Source: Lama glama (lineage: Eukaryota). Taken from it: a DNA stretch of 64,000 nt. The stretch is taken from assembly GCA_028534125.1 (NCBI GenBank), contig CM052817.1, positions 29,948,001-30,012,000 of the forward strand, in the 5' to 3' direction. Positions 1 through 12,258 of the stretch are shown piece after piece; positions within the stretch are counted from its first letter, which is position 1, and the number at the start of each line of letters is the position of its first letter. The notes beneath the pieces were generated by a model. The model did not search any database. It saw nothing but the letters and a program-made list of their open reading frames with translations, and was not told the DNA's origin. Both the position numbers and the translations under genes were made by a program.

Positions 1-450
1 TAAGACTCAGATCAATTAGATATAGAGAACAGAGAATGCCTCTTTTTACATTAAAATTAAGCTTAGAGCTACAATATAAGCAGGAGCCAACAAAGCAATT
101 TAAAGGGGAAGGAATAGTCTAAGCAGAAATAATAAGTTATGCCAAGGTTCTGAGCTGTGAACACTTCAGGGTCTTTGAAATGGCACTGGACAAACTTGTA
201 GAAGTTGGGAAGGCCAGAAACTGCAGGACTTTCTAGGAAATAAGTAACTGAATTAAGTCCTACCTCTTAATTGGTGGAAGGTAAAAAATCATATTGTTAA
301 AAAAAAATGTATGTTGGGAAATGTTGTTGCAACCACTTCTGGAAAATGCAATCTACTATGCAACTGGTTCAGGAAATAATGGAACTCTGGAAATACGATT
401 TGATTCATGTGCTTTCAAAGAGTCAGTCACATGTTTACTTCATTGAATGT

Positions 451-950
451 NNNNNNNNNNNNNNNNNNNNNNNNNNNNNNNNNNNNNNNNNNNNNNNNNN
501 NNNNNNNNNNNNNNNNNNNNNNNNNNNNNNNNNNNNNNNNNNNNNNNNNNNNNNNNNNNNNNNNNNNNNNNNNNNNNNNNNNNNNNNNNNNNNNNNNNNN
601 NNNNNNNNNNNNNNNNNNNNNNNNNNNNNNNNNNNNNNNNNNNNNNNNNNNNNNNNNNNNNNNNNNNNNNNNNNNNNNNNNNNNNNNNNNNNNNNNNNNN
701 NNNNNNNNNNNNNNNNNNNNNNNNNNNNNNNNNNNNNNNNNNNNNNNNNNNNNNNNNNNNNNNNNNNNNNNNNNNNNNNNNNNNNNNNNNNNNNNNNNNN
801 NNNNNNNNNNNNNNNNNNNNNNNNNNNNNNNNNNNNNNNNNNNNNNNNNNNNNNNNNNNNNNNNNNNNNNNNNNNNNNNNNNNNNNNNNNNNNNNNNNNN
901 NNNNNNNNNNNNNNNNNNNNNNNNNNNNNNNNNNNNNNNNNNNNNNNNNN
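451..950. other. Assembly gap (500 N)
   Basis: Run of exactly 500 N. Confidence 0.99.
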
Positions 951-2559
951 GAATGTATCGTTTTAGTTTAGTTTAAATTTTATTTTAATTTTCATCTTGA
1001 TAGTTCAAGGAAAGCAGGTCATGGTTGAAAACTACCCCATTTAAAGACCATTAGGAAACATACGTTTTCCATAAGAGTATAAAAAGCATTTCAGCTTATT
1101 AGCTTTCTCTATGATGAATCACAGAATGAATCAGCTTTACACTAGGAAGTCAGCACAGCTCAATAAACTAATCAATGAACTAAAACTTGAGCATATGGTA
1201 TACACACTGTACTCCCCCCAAGATATTTTAAGCTCATCAAAATAGTCCAAAACCAGATGCAGATTCAATTTTTTTTACTGCAACAGTGAAATTTATCCCA
1301 GAAATGATTTTTTACAAACACTTGGAATTTTTATAATACAGTCTCATTCTTGAATGTCTACTTTCCTCACGTTCAATCCATCAATTAGAATATAATGGAA
1401 AGTAGCTTTGTAAAAACTGAGGAAAACTGTAATACAGTTGGCCCTTCATTATTATGTATTTATTGTCAAAGGTTAAGAAAGTGATAAAAACATCCGATCA
1501 TCGCTTACACGCAGATTGATACCAATGCAGTCTTCCAGCATATGCTCAGCATCATAGAAAATGAAATAGGAGGATTGTGAGGTCCACATGCAGCTGGGCA
1601 TACATGTCTGTCAGTAATTTGCTACAGGCAAGTCACCGTGCTAACTGTTTTCTTACTTTTGCTTCCTTTAATGCTTGCAATAAGCCTGTACAGTGTCCTA
1701 AAGAACAGAGGGTTTTTTTATTTTTTTAAATTCATAACAAGAAATCTTGGAATAAGCAGTCCAGCAATGGTATAACAATCATTCTTTTTTTCTGTACATC
1801 AACTTCTACATGTCCTAGTCTTCTGTCTGAATTCCAAGAGGAAGAAGGGGAAGGCCAAAAGCTGAAAAATCTAAGGACTGAGTGCAGACAGCAGCCTAGC
1901 ATATTTCTTAAGAAGAATAAGAAAAGCTCACTAGAGAGAACACCCAAATATTCCAATATTGTACTTATTTTTCGGTACTCACTTCACAGTGTCTGCTGCG
2001 CATTCTGTAGAGTCAGTACATTTATTGTCATCCATGGTTTACAGTTGGGATGAGTGTGGCTTGAAAGGGTTAAGTAATTTTCCTGGTGCCCTGTGGTCTG
2101 TAACCAGTGGAGCTGGGCTGCAAACTGGGCGTCTGAATTCAGTCATATTTTCAACAGCTATATAAAGCTGCTTCCTATTACAGTCCTGGATCAAAAACTA
2201 ATTATTTCAAGAAATCTCCCCTTCATAAGTCTTTCCCCTCTCATAAACATCAGGGGCAGATATTAACAATTTTGGAGCATCTGCAAGGTGCCAAACGTTT
2301 CTGTAAATATTATCTTTATTAAATCCTTTGTAGTATATAATATAATTTTTAGATTAAAAAAAAACAAGGCCTATAAAGTTAGTTTGTCCATAACCACCCA
2401 GAAGTAAGGAAGGGCTGGGATTTGATTCTAATTCTGTGTAATTTCAATGCTGTTTCTATTTTTTGCTACAGAAGGTTTGTGGTTTTCCAAAATATAATGA
2501 CTGTTGCTGATACTACACATTTATATCCAGTCTGCAAAGAAGATTGTAGAAGTAATTTT

Positions 2560-3580
2560 TCTTCTGAATATCTATGTTCTATAGATAGATATGTAGACAT
2601 ATGCTTAATTATGGTAAAAAAGAAACATAAAAATTTTATCATCCTAACCTGTACAGTTGGGTTGACTACATTTACAGTATCATGCAACAGCTCTGCAGAT
2701 TTTTTTCGTGTTGCAAAACTGAAACTCTATATTCATTGTACAACTTCCCATTCCCCCTTCCCCAAGCCCTTGGCAATTACCATACTACTTTCTGTTTCTA
2801 TGAATTTCACTTTTTTAGATACTTCATAAAGGGGAATCTACAGTACAGGTATCCCTTGCTTTTCAAAAGTCCACTTAATGCCACTGCACTTTTCTGGGAA
2901 GACCTACGTGGGTACCTGATTTTGCTAGCCAGAATAAATCCTAAGGGAATTTTTGCTTTACAAAAATAAGGCAAAAAGTGAAAATAGTGTTCAGCATTGG
3001 TTTTGCAGCAAGCTTTTATAGAGGCAGGGCTCACCGTGAACAGCCAGAATAGCACCACCAAGACCCTCCTCCAGGAACCACACTCCGCATCTCAGCATTA
3101 AGCCACCATAACTTTCAACTTTGTGAGCATCTGTACTTTGTCTCCATCTATTTTATGTCTCTGTTAGCAAGATGTGTCTTAAGTTAATTGCTTCTTTGCT
3201 TTACACTCTTTTATCTTAGGAAAGTTTTTTGCAGGAATGCTTTACTTTTGGATAGCAGGAGAAATCTTTATTTTTCTTTCTGTGGTTGGTTTATTTCTCT
3301 TAGTATGTTGTCCTCAAGTTTTATCCATGTTGTAGCATGTGACAAAATTTTCTTCTTTTTAAAAGCTGAATAATACTCCATTGTATATATATACTAAATT
3401 TTCTTTATCTGTTTATAGCTATTGGTTGCCTCCACTTTTTGGCCATTGTGAATTATGCTGCAAAGAACATGGGTGTGCAAATATCCCTTTGAGATCCTGA
3501 TTTCAATTCTTCTGGAGACATATATATATATCTCCAGAAAGTAATTATGTGGCCATATATATATGATTGCTGGATCATTA
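2560..3580 (-). mobile_element. 5'-truncated L1 (L1MA/MB-type 3' end), interrupted by a Tigger-like element
   Basis: Typical L1 3' UTR text (ccatactactttctgtttctatgaat; atccatgttgtagcatgt; gctgcaaagaacatgggtgtgcaaatatc); candidate TSD tagaagtaatttt at 2547-2559 and 3581-3593. Confidence 0.85.
2846..3268. mobile_element. TcMar-Tigger-like non-autonomous DNA transposon nested in L1
   Basis: Imperfect TIRs (caggtatcccttgcttttcaaaagt / acttttggatagcaggagaaatct) flanked by TA at 2844-2845 and 3269-3270; L1 sequence resumes on both sides. Confidence 0.75.
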
Positions 3581-3857
3581 TAGAAGTAATTTTAATTAAT
3601 TAATTAAGAATTTAAAACATGAAATATGTCGATTCCATTTGGAGGTTGCCATTTTTTATTTCTTCCTGCATCTCTGCAGTCTCATGCTAGGATAATTAAC
3701 TTTTGGCCTTTGACTTTCCAGTTATATAGATTAATATAATCTTGTTTCTCTGATCTGTCAGCCCCTTAATGAAATCTGTTTTGAATCCCATCCTGGACAT
3801 GTATCTTTGGCTGACTCTATTCTCCAATGCCAGTGATTATAAATATATACAATATCT

Positions 3858-3860
<3 letters not shown>

Positions 3861-3888
<28 letters not shown>
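3861..3888. repeat. (TA)n microsatellite
   Basis: About 14 AT units. Confidence 0.95.
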
Positions 3889-3893
<5 letters not shown>

Positions 3894-3939
3894 GTAATAC
3901 TTTAGGACTTAGGCTGAGTATGTGGGGCCTGGATGCATA

Positions 3940-4190
3940 GAGAGGCAGCTTGTAGAGTGATGTAGAGAACAGGCTGTCAGGCTGGCATGTCAGGGTTTAA
4001 TCCCAGGGGTACTATTCACTTTCTCTGTGTCCTTGGACAAGTATCTCAACCACTCTGTGCCTCAGGTTCCTTTTACATAAATTGCAGATTAAAATAGTAA
4101 CTACTTAAGGATGTTGTTATTATGAATAAACTCAGGATGATGTCAAGTATACGTTGTGTACTAGCTAAAATTACTCTTTCTTATTGTCAT
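3940..4190 (+). mobile_element. MIR SINE
   Basis: MIR core: ctgtgtccttggacaagtatctcaaccactctgtgcctcaggttcc...taaaatagtaactac. Confidence 0.8.
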
Positions 4191-5009
4191 ATTATATTTC
4201 ATTAGCCACTCTTATTTATTGTCAGAAGCCATTCCCTCACAATTCCTTACAGAAAAACATGGCTTTATTCTCACTATACTTAGTTCAGTGTGTCACCTGC
4301 AGTTTCCTGTATTACAGTTATTTGCCCAAGGTGGTTAAATCAGAATTGAAATATGCTATGCTTGTGTATCACAGATATTTAATTGCAGACCAGTCAGTAC
4401 CATCTACATTTTCAAGTTTCACCCTCATGCATGATTGAATTTTTGTGTATAGTTCTGGGCACATTGTAAAACTCAGTATGTACTATTTCACTCCGGTTTA
4501 CAGTAATTATTGAAGTCGGAAACTGTATCATATTCATTGTTGTAACCTTACCTAGAAAGGAAGAGCTAGAAGGACCTGGATCTTGTCTTTCTTGGTCCTG
4601 CTTTAATTCTTCCATTCAAATTGTCAAGAAAAAGAAATGTACAATAGAGTCAAAGAAAAAAAAAAAACACTTATACTAACCGGAATTTTGGCAACAAGTG
4701 TCAATTTGAAAAAAATCTAGTAAATTAGCCCTTTGCTCTTAGAACAAACACACCTAGATTTACTGCACCAATGTGCAAAAAGAATGCCTGCCTGTATCAG
4801 AGAAAATGGAGCCGGAGAGACAGAGAAGCTTATCTGATGCACAGGTCAAGTCTGCTGATGCATCCTGGTCCAGTCATGGCTAGTGACCGTACAGGGAAAG
4901 GCACAGAGCTCAGAGTTGCCCGGGGCTGCGTCTAGCTCTTGTTTTCCAGGTAGAGAGAAAGTAATTATTTGACCATCAGGTTTGTTAACTATAATCAGTT
5001 CTGAATCCC

Positions 5010-5515
5010 TCAGTGTGTCCTCAAACATTGTTATGGGTGTTTTTCACTTTCCTTTCCAAATGCCTCCAGCCTATACCCTCTGCTCCACATTCTAGGAAAC
5101 CAACCTGTATGGATTGGATCAAACGCTCTCTTGTTCTATGGTTTCTAGTTAGGTTTGCCAGTGAGGAGACTAGCAGAAGATCAGAGGGAAAAAGGGAAAT
5201 TATGTCACCAAGGTATTTATTCCACAGGTTCCCTCCAAAAGGATTGCCACAGGTTGTCAGTGTCCTTCAACTGAAGGTCACAGTGCCTGTCATAGGCCCT
5301 TCTGCCCACAGCTATTTCTTTTTTGCTCCCTGCAACTACTGCCTCCCCTCTGGTTCTTTGGACCCAGCTCCTGCTTCTGGAATTTCTTTCAGGATTCTGG
5401 AAGATGCTTGGAGGCTTTTCTAGCTTTTCCCATGCTTTTATAAAGTGCCCTTTTATTAAACCCTACTCAAATCACACAATTAAACTATCCTGTTATTCTC
5501 CTTGTGGGAGCATGA
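5010..5515. mobile_element. ERVL solo LTR (LTR33-like)
   Basis: ggtttctagttaggtttgccagtgaggagactagcagaagatcagaggg...ggtatttattcc resembles the recalled LTR33 consensus. Confidence 0.65.
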
Positions 5516-6723
5516 CTGAAAAACACATAGAAAGTACTGAGTTAAGACACATTTTATTGCCTTCCTTCCTCACCCTTGAGAAGACAAAGTAAGGGAAGGT
5601 AGGAGGGATTATGCATGCAGTACAAATGGTTCAATTCTTTTATAACATGCCTTAAACTCATTGTAAATACAGAATTTACAAACAAAAGACTTGAGCTTGA
5701 TGTGTGTCATGTTGCCTGGGCCATCCGAACTCTGGCCCACAGTTTCTCCTTTGCCAAATAGAATGCTTAGTATTGGCCTCTCATGTGGCATAGGCTTTGC
5801 TGCTGGTCACCTTCGATCATTAATTTAAAATTTTGCGTAGGAAAACAATATGCTAATATTAATTATTAAGATTAATGCAAAGTAAGTTTTTCACCGTTTC
5901 AAAAATTTTATGAGAGTAAACTTTTAAAAAGACAAGTCATAATGAAGAATTGAAATTTTAGCTCAACAATTTAAAGGTTAAAGGCTAAAAAAATTAAAAA
6001 TCTAAATCTTAATATGAATATAAACAGTTCTTAATAGCATACTTGAATCAATATTCAGAGATCTTATTTATGGTAAATGTTGAGTGTGTCATTACTATGG
6101 TTACCTGTCGTAGTACTATCATAAAGAAGCTTTCCTCTTTTATTCAGATTATAGAATTTTTAACAAATTTCTGTGACTATTTGAAATGTAAATTTTAATA
6201 ATTGAAATGCACATCCTGAAATCCAGAGAAAAGCACGTGAGTAATGTGCAAAGTGAATTAAATATTTATTCCAATGAAATTATTCAGAAAAAGCTGCTTG
6301 GATTTTAATACTGTGAAAAATGTTAAAAGCAAGATTTTTATATTGACACAAACAACTTTAATGAGGAAACACACTTTATGCTGTCTCAAGACGGAAAATA
6401 TTAACATTACTTTAACATTTGCATTAATCACTTTTCTTTTACTTAAAAGCATCTTGTGTCAATCTTTTCTCTAGATTGATCTACTTTATCTACTTCAGAC
6501 AACATTGACATAATTATGAAGCATGTATTTTCATTAATAAAACAGATTTACAGTAAGATTTTTACAGATTCAAAAAAGAGAACATATCTTTGATTAATGT
6601 CTCTTTGAGAGGATTTTAGATGATAAAGTACAGTGCAGAGCATTATTTTTTAAAAATTAAGAAAATGTATTTTTAAAAAAATGTAGTGTCTTTTTAAAAT
6701 GGCACAATAAAGTTATGCCAGAA

Positions 6724-6910
6724 CAGGAGTTGGTGAATTTTTTTTGTAAAGTGCCAGATAAATATGTAATGTGGCTTTATGGGCCGTTTGATTTCCGTTT
6801 CCCTACTCTTCTCTGCCAGTATAGTACAAAGGCAGTCATATTCAGTATGTAAACAAAGTGGTTTGACTATGTGCCAGTAATCATTGCTGTGGCCATGGTG
6901 TGCCACCCCT
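6724..6910 (+). mobile_element. MER58A-like hAT-Charlie element
   Basis: caggagttggtgaatttt...tgtaaagtgccagata...gtgccacccct resembles MER58A termini and body. Confidence 0.75.
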
Positions 6911-6928
6911 TTTTCTAAAAAGTCAGTA

Positions 6929-7758
6929 CCGGCATAGCTCATTTTATTGTGCTTCCCTTTATTGTGCTTGGCAGATACTGTGTTTTTTACAAATTGACGG
7001 TTTGGGGCAACTTATGTCAAATAAGTTTATTGTCACCATTTTTCCAACAGCACTTGCTCACTTCTTGTTTCTGTATGACATGTTGGTCATTTTCACAATA
7101 TTTCAAACCTTTTCATTATTCTTATATTTGTTATGGTGATCTGTGATTCGTGATCTTTGATGTTACTATTGTAATTATTTTCGGGCACCACAAACCATGC
7201 CCATATAAGACAGCAAACTTTGTTGTTGAAATGACAAGAAAGGATTAGGAATATTCTATGAGCTTAGTTGATAAAGCAGAGGCTGGGTTTGAGAGGGTTA
7301 ACTTCAATTTTGAAAGAAGTTCTACTGTGGGTAAAATGCTATCAAACAGCATTCCGTGCAAGGGAGAAATTGTTCTTGTAAAGAAGAGTCAATTGAAGTG
7401 GCAAACTTTGTGGTTGTCTTACTTTAAGAAATGCCACAGCCACACAAGCCTTCAGCAGTCACCACCCTGATCAGTCAGCACCATCAATGTGGAGGCATGA
7501 CTCTCCACGAGCCAAAAGATTATGACTTGCTGCAGGCCCAGATGGTTAGCATTTTTTCAGTCATAATGTAGATTTTTAATTAAGGTGCATACTTCTAAAG
7601 AAATAACACTATAGTGTACTTAACAGACTACAGCATCTGTAAACATAACTTTTACATGTACTGGGAAACCAAAAATCTTGTGTGATTTGCTGTATTGTGA
7701 TATTCACTGTATTCTGGTGCTCTAGAATTGAACCTGCGATATTTCTGAAGCATGCCTG
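6929..7758 (+). mobile_element. Internally deleted Tigger1 DNA transposon
   Basis: Both Tigger1 ends present (ccggcatagctcattttattgtgctt / tatttctgaagcatgcctg); ORF 7258..7470 ([30 protein letters not shown]) is a remnant of the transposase C-terminus. Confidence 0.9.
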
Positions 7759-8810
7759 GTAGTCTGTGTTATATTTGATTGTTTATCAGGAGTAATTTTT
7801 CAGAACACTTGTAGTACTTGTTTAAAATGTTTCAGCTGAAATTAAGTCCACATTGTAAATAACAAGTAAGGAGATAACAAAGATTATGTTCTGACAGAAT
7901 ACTGTAAGGTTTCTGTGCTTTAAACAGAAATGAGTAGGTTGCTTTTTGGGTCTAATCATCTCTTATGAGAAGAAAATTTGTTCTTGTGTTGGAATATGAA
8001 CAATCACATTGTCATCAGAGTAGTTCTGTGTAATTGAAAGAGAAGTGTCTGTACAGCTAGAGGTACCTATCTTTAATTTCAGGTATGTGAACTTGGAGAA
8101 TGAATTTAATAGACTGAACCTCAGTTTTTCCATCTGTTAGTTAGAGCTCTTTACTTTGAAGAATACGTTATTAATATATGACACATTTAAAGTTCCAGAC
8201 ACATGACAGGTGCTCAAGAAACAATAAATCTCCCTTCATCTTCTTCAGTTATTTATAAAAGCAGCACTGGGCCTGAAGGAAGAACCACAATTTTTTTTCA
8301 AAGTACTATATTTTAGTGGCAGAGAAGGGAAAAGTAGGAGGGTGAGGCAGAAGATAACCTCTTCCCTGATTTTCTGGCATTTTTTTCCTTCCCTGTTTCT
8401 TCAAATGAAATAATACATTTTCATAACACAGGGTGTTTGGAAAGACCCAGGTATTAATCCTAGCTGATGTATACTGTGCGCATGGATTCACTTGTGGAAT
8501 ACTATCTGGCAGTTCCAACTAGGATGAAATCACAGGTTATTAGAACAATCCAGAAATTCATAGTCTTTGCAGTGAAAATCATGCATAAACATTAATTATC
8601 TTTGCCTATCCTTTTATAATGTAACTCATTTTCAGGACTCTCTACCAAAGAGAAACTCTTAAATTTATTTTCTTAAATGAAAAAAAAATGTGAGATAACA
8701 CTGATCAGAAATTAACTTCAATGCTAAAATCATGATTACATATTCAAACAATAAAGGGACATATCTGTACGAAAACTATAAAAAAGACACATTTTAAGAG
8801 AATGTAATTC

Positions 8811-8840
8811 TTTATTTCATAACAAGTTACTGCATTTATT
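8811..8840 (-). terminator. Candidate distal polyadenylation signals (two AATAAA)
   Basis: Plus-strand tttatt at 8811-8816 and 8835-8840; upstream TGTA near 8860; downstream GTGTCTTTTT (GU/U-rich) near 8790-8781 in transcript sense. Confidence 0.5.
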
Positions 8841-11800
8841 TTGCACTTAGAATCATTAATGTACAGAAGACTGATAAATTGAGATACCTTTGCCACACTC
8901 ACAAAATACTCCCCAAAATGGTGAGGCAGAAGCAAATGACAGAAGCCATTACAATCACAAGCCATAAGACTTTACTGTACGAAGTGACTACATACACTTA
9001 ATGGACACAAATAACTTATTACAGTGGTTTATCAAGATCCAAACAACTTCCATTTAGGTCAACCATATCTTAAAAGTCCTTTATTTAGCCCTTTTTGGCT
9101 TAACTGAATCACAGTTATCACAGACTCAACCATTCTGAGGCTCAGAGATTCCAAGTACATTTCACTGTTCAACAATAAAATTAATCTGTTCTGAGAAATA
9201 TATTTCAGAAATTGTTTGAGAATCAGACATCAACTTCCTGGATTTGTTTGGTCACATAGCAGCCTAATTCTGTTCACAGTTCCCCCCTTTTCTCTCTTTG
9301 TTCAAATACATTTTTTTTCTTAGTTAGAAAGAAAAAAGCAAATTATTTGAAGACAAAGCCCTTTTAGTGGGGAACAGACTTTTACAAAAATAATAACAAT
9401 CTGGACAGACCTGCCTTATGGTTCTGCTTCAGGAGATAACTCTTTTTCGTCATCCCTAATGTGGGAAACATAGATCAGTAGGAAAAATAAAATCTGGTTA
9501 AAATGTTAAAAGTAACAGCAAACAAGACTATAATATATTCAGAATTTCCTTGTGGTGTTATAGTGTCTGTTTACACACAAATACCTACTATTCAATACAG
9601 GACCCCTTCTCTTGTCACACACAGCACATTACTCAGCTTCATGCTGCCACTTTTCCTTTCTAGTTCAGGATCTGTCTTCCCCCTTGTCCACTGAACTTCA
9701 GTCACCAGAATCCTGACCTTCATTCTCTCTCACCTCCTGTATTACAGTAGCTTCCTAACTGGCTTATCTTACTCCAACATAAAACACCAATAAGGTGAAA
9801 CGTCTGCAGTATTAATGATGGTTCATCTTTACTCAAGTACCTTAGTGAACTCTTCACAAGTTTGTATCACCCAGCCTCCTGAAGTTCCTATTCTTGCCTC
9901 TCTGCCTTAGGGTTTGACCAGTCTTTCTAGCCTCATCTTTGCTTGTCTTTAGATGAATCTTAACCTTCAATTAAAATGTAACTTTTATTTGTGCTCATGC
10001 TGCTGCTTCTTTATTCAAGCTGTTTACTTAACTGGAAAATGTAGTCTCTGTTAACCTCACCTATTGACATACTGAATTCTCAAGCTCCCATCTCTAAATA
10101 CACATTCTCCAAGAAGCTTTCCCAGGGTTATCCTCCCTCCCTTAAATTGTATCACTAATCTTTTGATTACATTATACTCTTCTCCTGGAGAGTTCATTTT
10201 TATATTCCCGATTGTATCTAAATCAGTTCTTTATACATAGAAAATGCTGCATAAATATTTGGATTAGGTTATGTCATTTCCAAAATGCAAGCACAATGAC
10301 CTTACATTTACTAGAGCAATGTGGTTAACAGTGTCTGGAAACTCCATCTGGAATGTTTTGATAGAGACTTGGTGATGGTTTCTGTGACTTTGCAGTGGCC
10401 TGTCAAGGACTTCTTAGCAGTAAAAAACAATGATGACCAAGAGAAACATAATACCAAGTATGCCTGGACTTCATTTGGTGTGACACCGAGGAGTTAAATA
10501 CATTTGGTAATATAAAGAAAAATAGCTTGGTCGGAAATTATTTTCAAAATATTTGTGGTGAGACAAATTCTAAATCATTAAATATCTATGTCTGAACTTC
10601 AGTGCTAAGATCGAAATAATTGTGAATGTTGTATCTTGAGACAGGAAATTTTGCAGCAATGAGAATAGGCATGCATATAAAACTCTGATAATTTTACACG
10701 TGCTTATTCACTTATTATGTGTTTATTCAATTACTGGTTATTAGTTTAAATTTTACTCAAATCATCCTATCTGAATCTCTTGAATAATCAAAGTACTAGA
10801 TTACGTTTCTTCACAACTTGACTTGAAATATAATTTCACATCTTACAATCACAGGTCCTTGATGTGAGAGTACCATCAACCATTCTTGTTGATACTGAAT
10901 CATTGGCAAGAATGCAGCCCTCAATTTGGGTCTTCTTCTTATGCTGAAATATGGTATATTTTGTGATTAAATATTGATATCAGAATATGAGACACGCCAA
11001 TGGGGAGGTCCCTGGGAATTGTCTATATATTTATCCGCATTGATTGTACTTTAACCTTCCGATAATCAGTTTTTAAAACTCTTTAATGAAAACTTTATCT
11101 TTAAAATATAATGCATCCAATGAATTGCCTAATTTCTCCTTACACTAACACTTTCATATTTAGTTAGATTTACTCTTGAAATTTGCCCTGTTCTTACTGA
11201 ATTCTCAGTTAACCTAAGTTCTTTTATTTATTTTCTTCTCAGAAACTACTTGACATTTTAGGAATTGATTTCAACTGAGTCTATCTATGCAGTTCAAGAA
11301 TAGATAAAATATTATCATGCAATTGTAAATCCAAGACAGTACAATCATGCCAGTCACAAGTTCCCTTCTCCATACTCACGTTCTCCATTCTAGAACCTGA
11401 TCGCATATTTAGAGGATGACTGTATGTGAATTAGCACTTTTACAAATTGTTCTACTCCAATTATCCTTCCCTTCCTCCATATCCACTCTTTTTGGTCTAT
11501 ATTCGCGTTCAAAGCATTTAAAGCTGCCAGGAAACACAAGTGCCCATGATCCAATAAAATTAAGATACAATGTGTCTAGAGAAAGAGGATTTAAAAAAAA
11601 CTATTTCTCAGAATGAAAAAACTAATACTTGCAAAAAGAGAGAAACAGAGATTAGACTGCATTCCCCTTGAAAGTAAGCCCTACTTGATTTCTTGTAAAA
11701 ATAATCTAGCTATATTTTCACTTTTACAATCTCATTTTTAGAAATAATATTTGTACACTTCCCTTTTTGATCTGCATATTCAGATAGGACTGCTCAGACA

Positions 11801-12157
11801 CCACTGGCTTTGAAAACAAAGCACTTGTTTTAATGGTATATACAATGGCTGTATAGAGAAAAGCATCTGTCATATTTTTATCAATTTTATTTCCACTTAT
11901 AAATACTGTCAACATTTAAAGCCCAGTTAATGGAACACTAGTGAGACAGTCAAAGCTATTTATATTAAGCATTTTTAAGTATTTTTAAATATGGTCATGC
12001 TCAGATAGACTTGAAAGAATCCCAGAATTAAAATTGCCCCCATTATAATGAGCCGGCTATAGATTAGAGAATGTAAATAGCCATGATATTTTAGTGAAAT
12101 GATTTATTCTTCACTGGTACTTCATTTTCCATTTACCTTTAGATTGATGTTTACTTT

Positions 12158-12258
12158 TAACATTTTTCTATTGAGTTATAGTCATTTTACAACGTTGTGT
12201 CAAATTCCAGTGTAGCGCACAATTTTTCAGTTATACATGAACATACATATATTCATTG
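12158..12258 (-). mobile_element. Short lineage-specific L1 3'-end insertion with 17-bp TSD, inside the putative 3' UTR
   Basis: Perfect direct repeats agattgatgtttacttt at 12141-12157 and 12259-12275; body (attgagttatagtcattttacaacgttgtgtcaaattcc...atacatgaacatacatatatt) is homologous to the L1 end at 60845-61020. Confidence 0.85.

Noticed and set aside
307..976. Long ORFs across the first N run
   Set aside because: Artefacts of translating N
7258..7470. Transposase-like ORF as a domesticated gene
   Set aside because: Only a 70-codon C-terminal remnant in a deleted Tigger1; catalytic core absent
8341..8932. 13-bp direct repeat ggtgaggcagaag at 8341 and 8920
   Set aside because: No extended homology and no element recognised between the copies; may be chance
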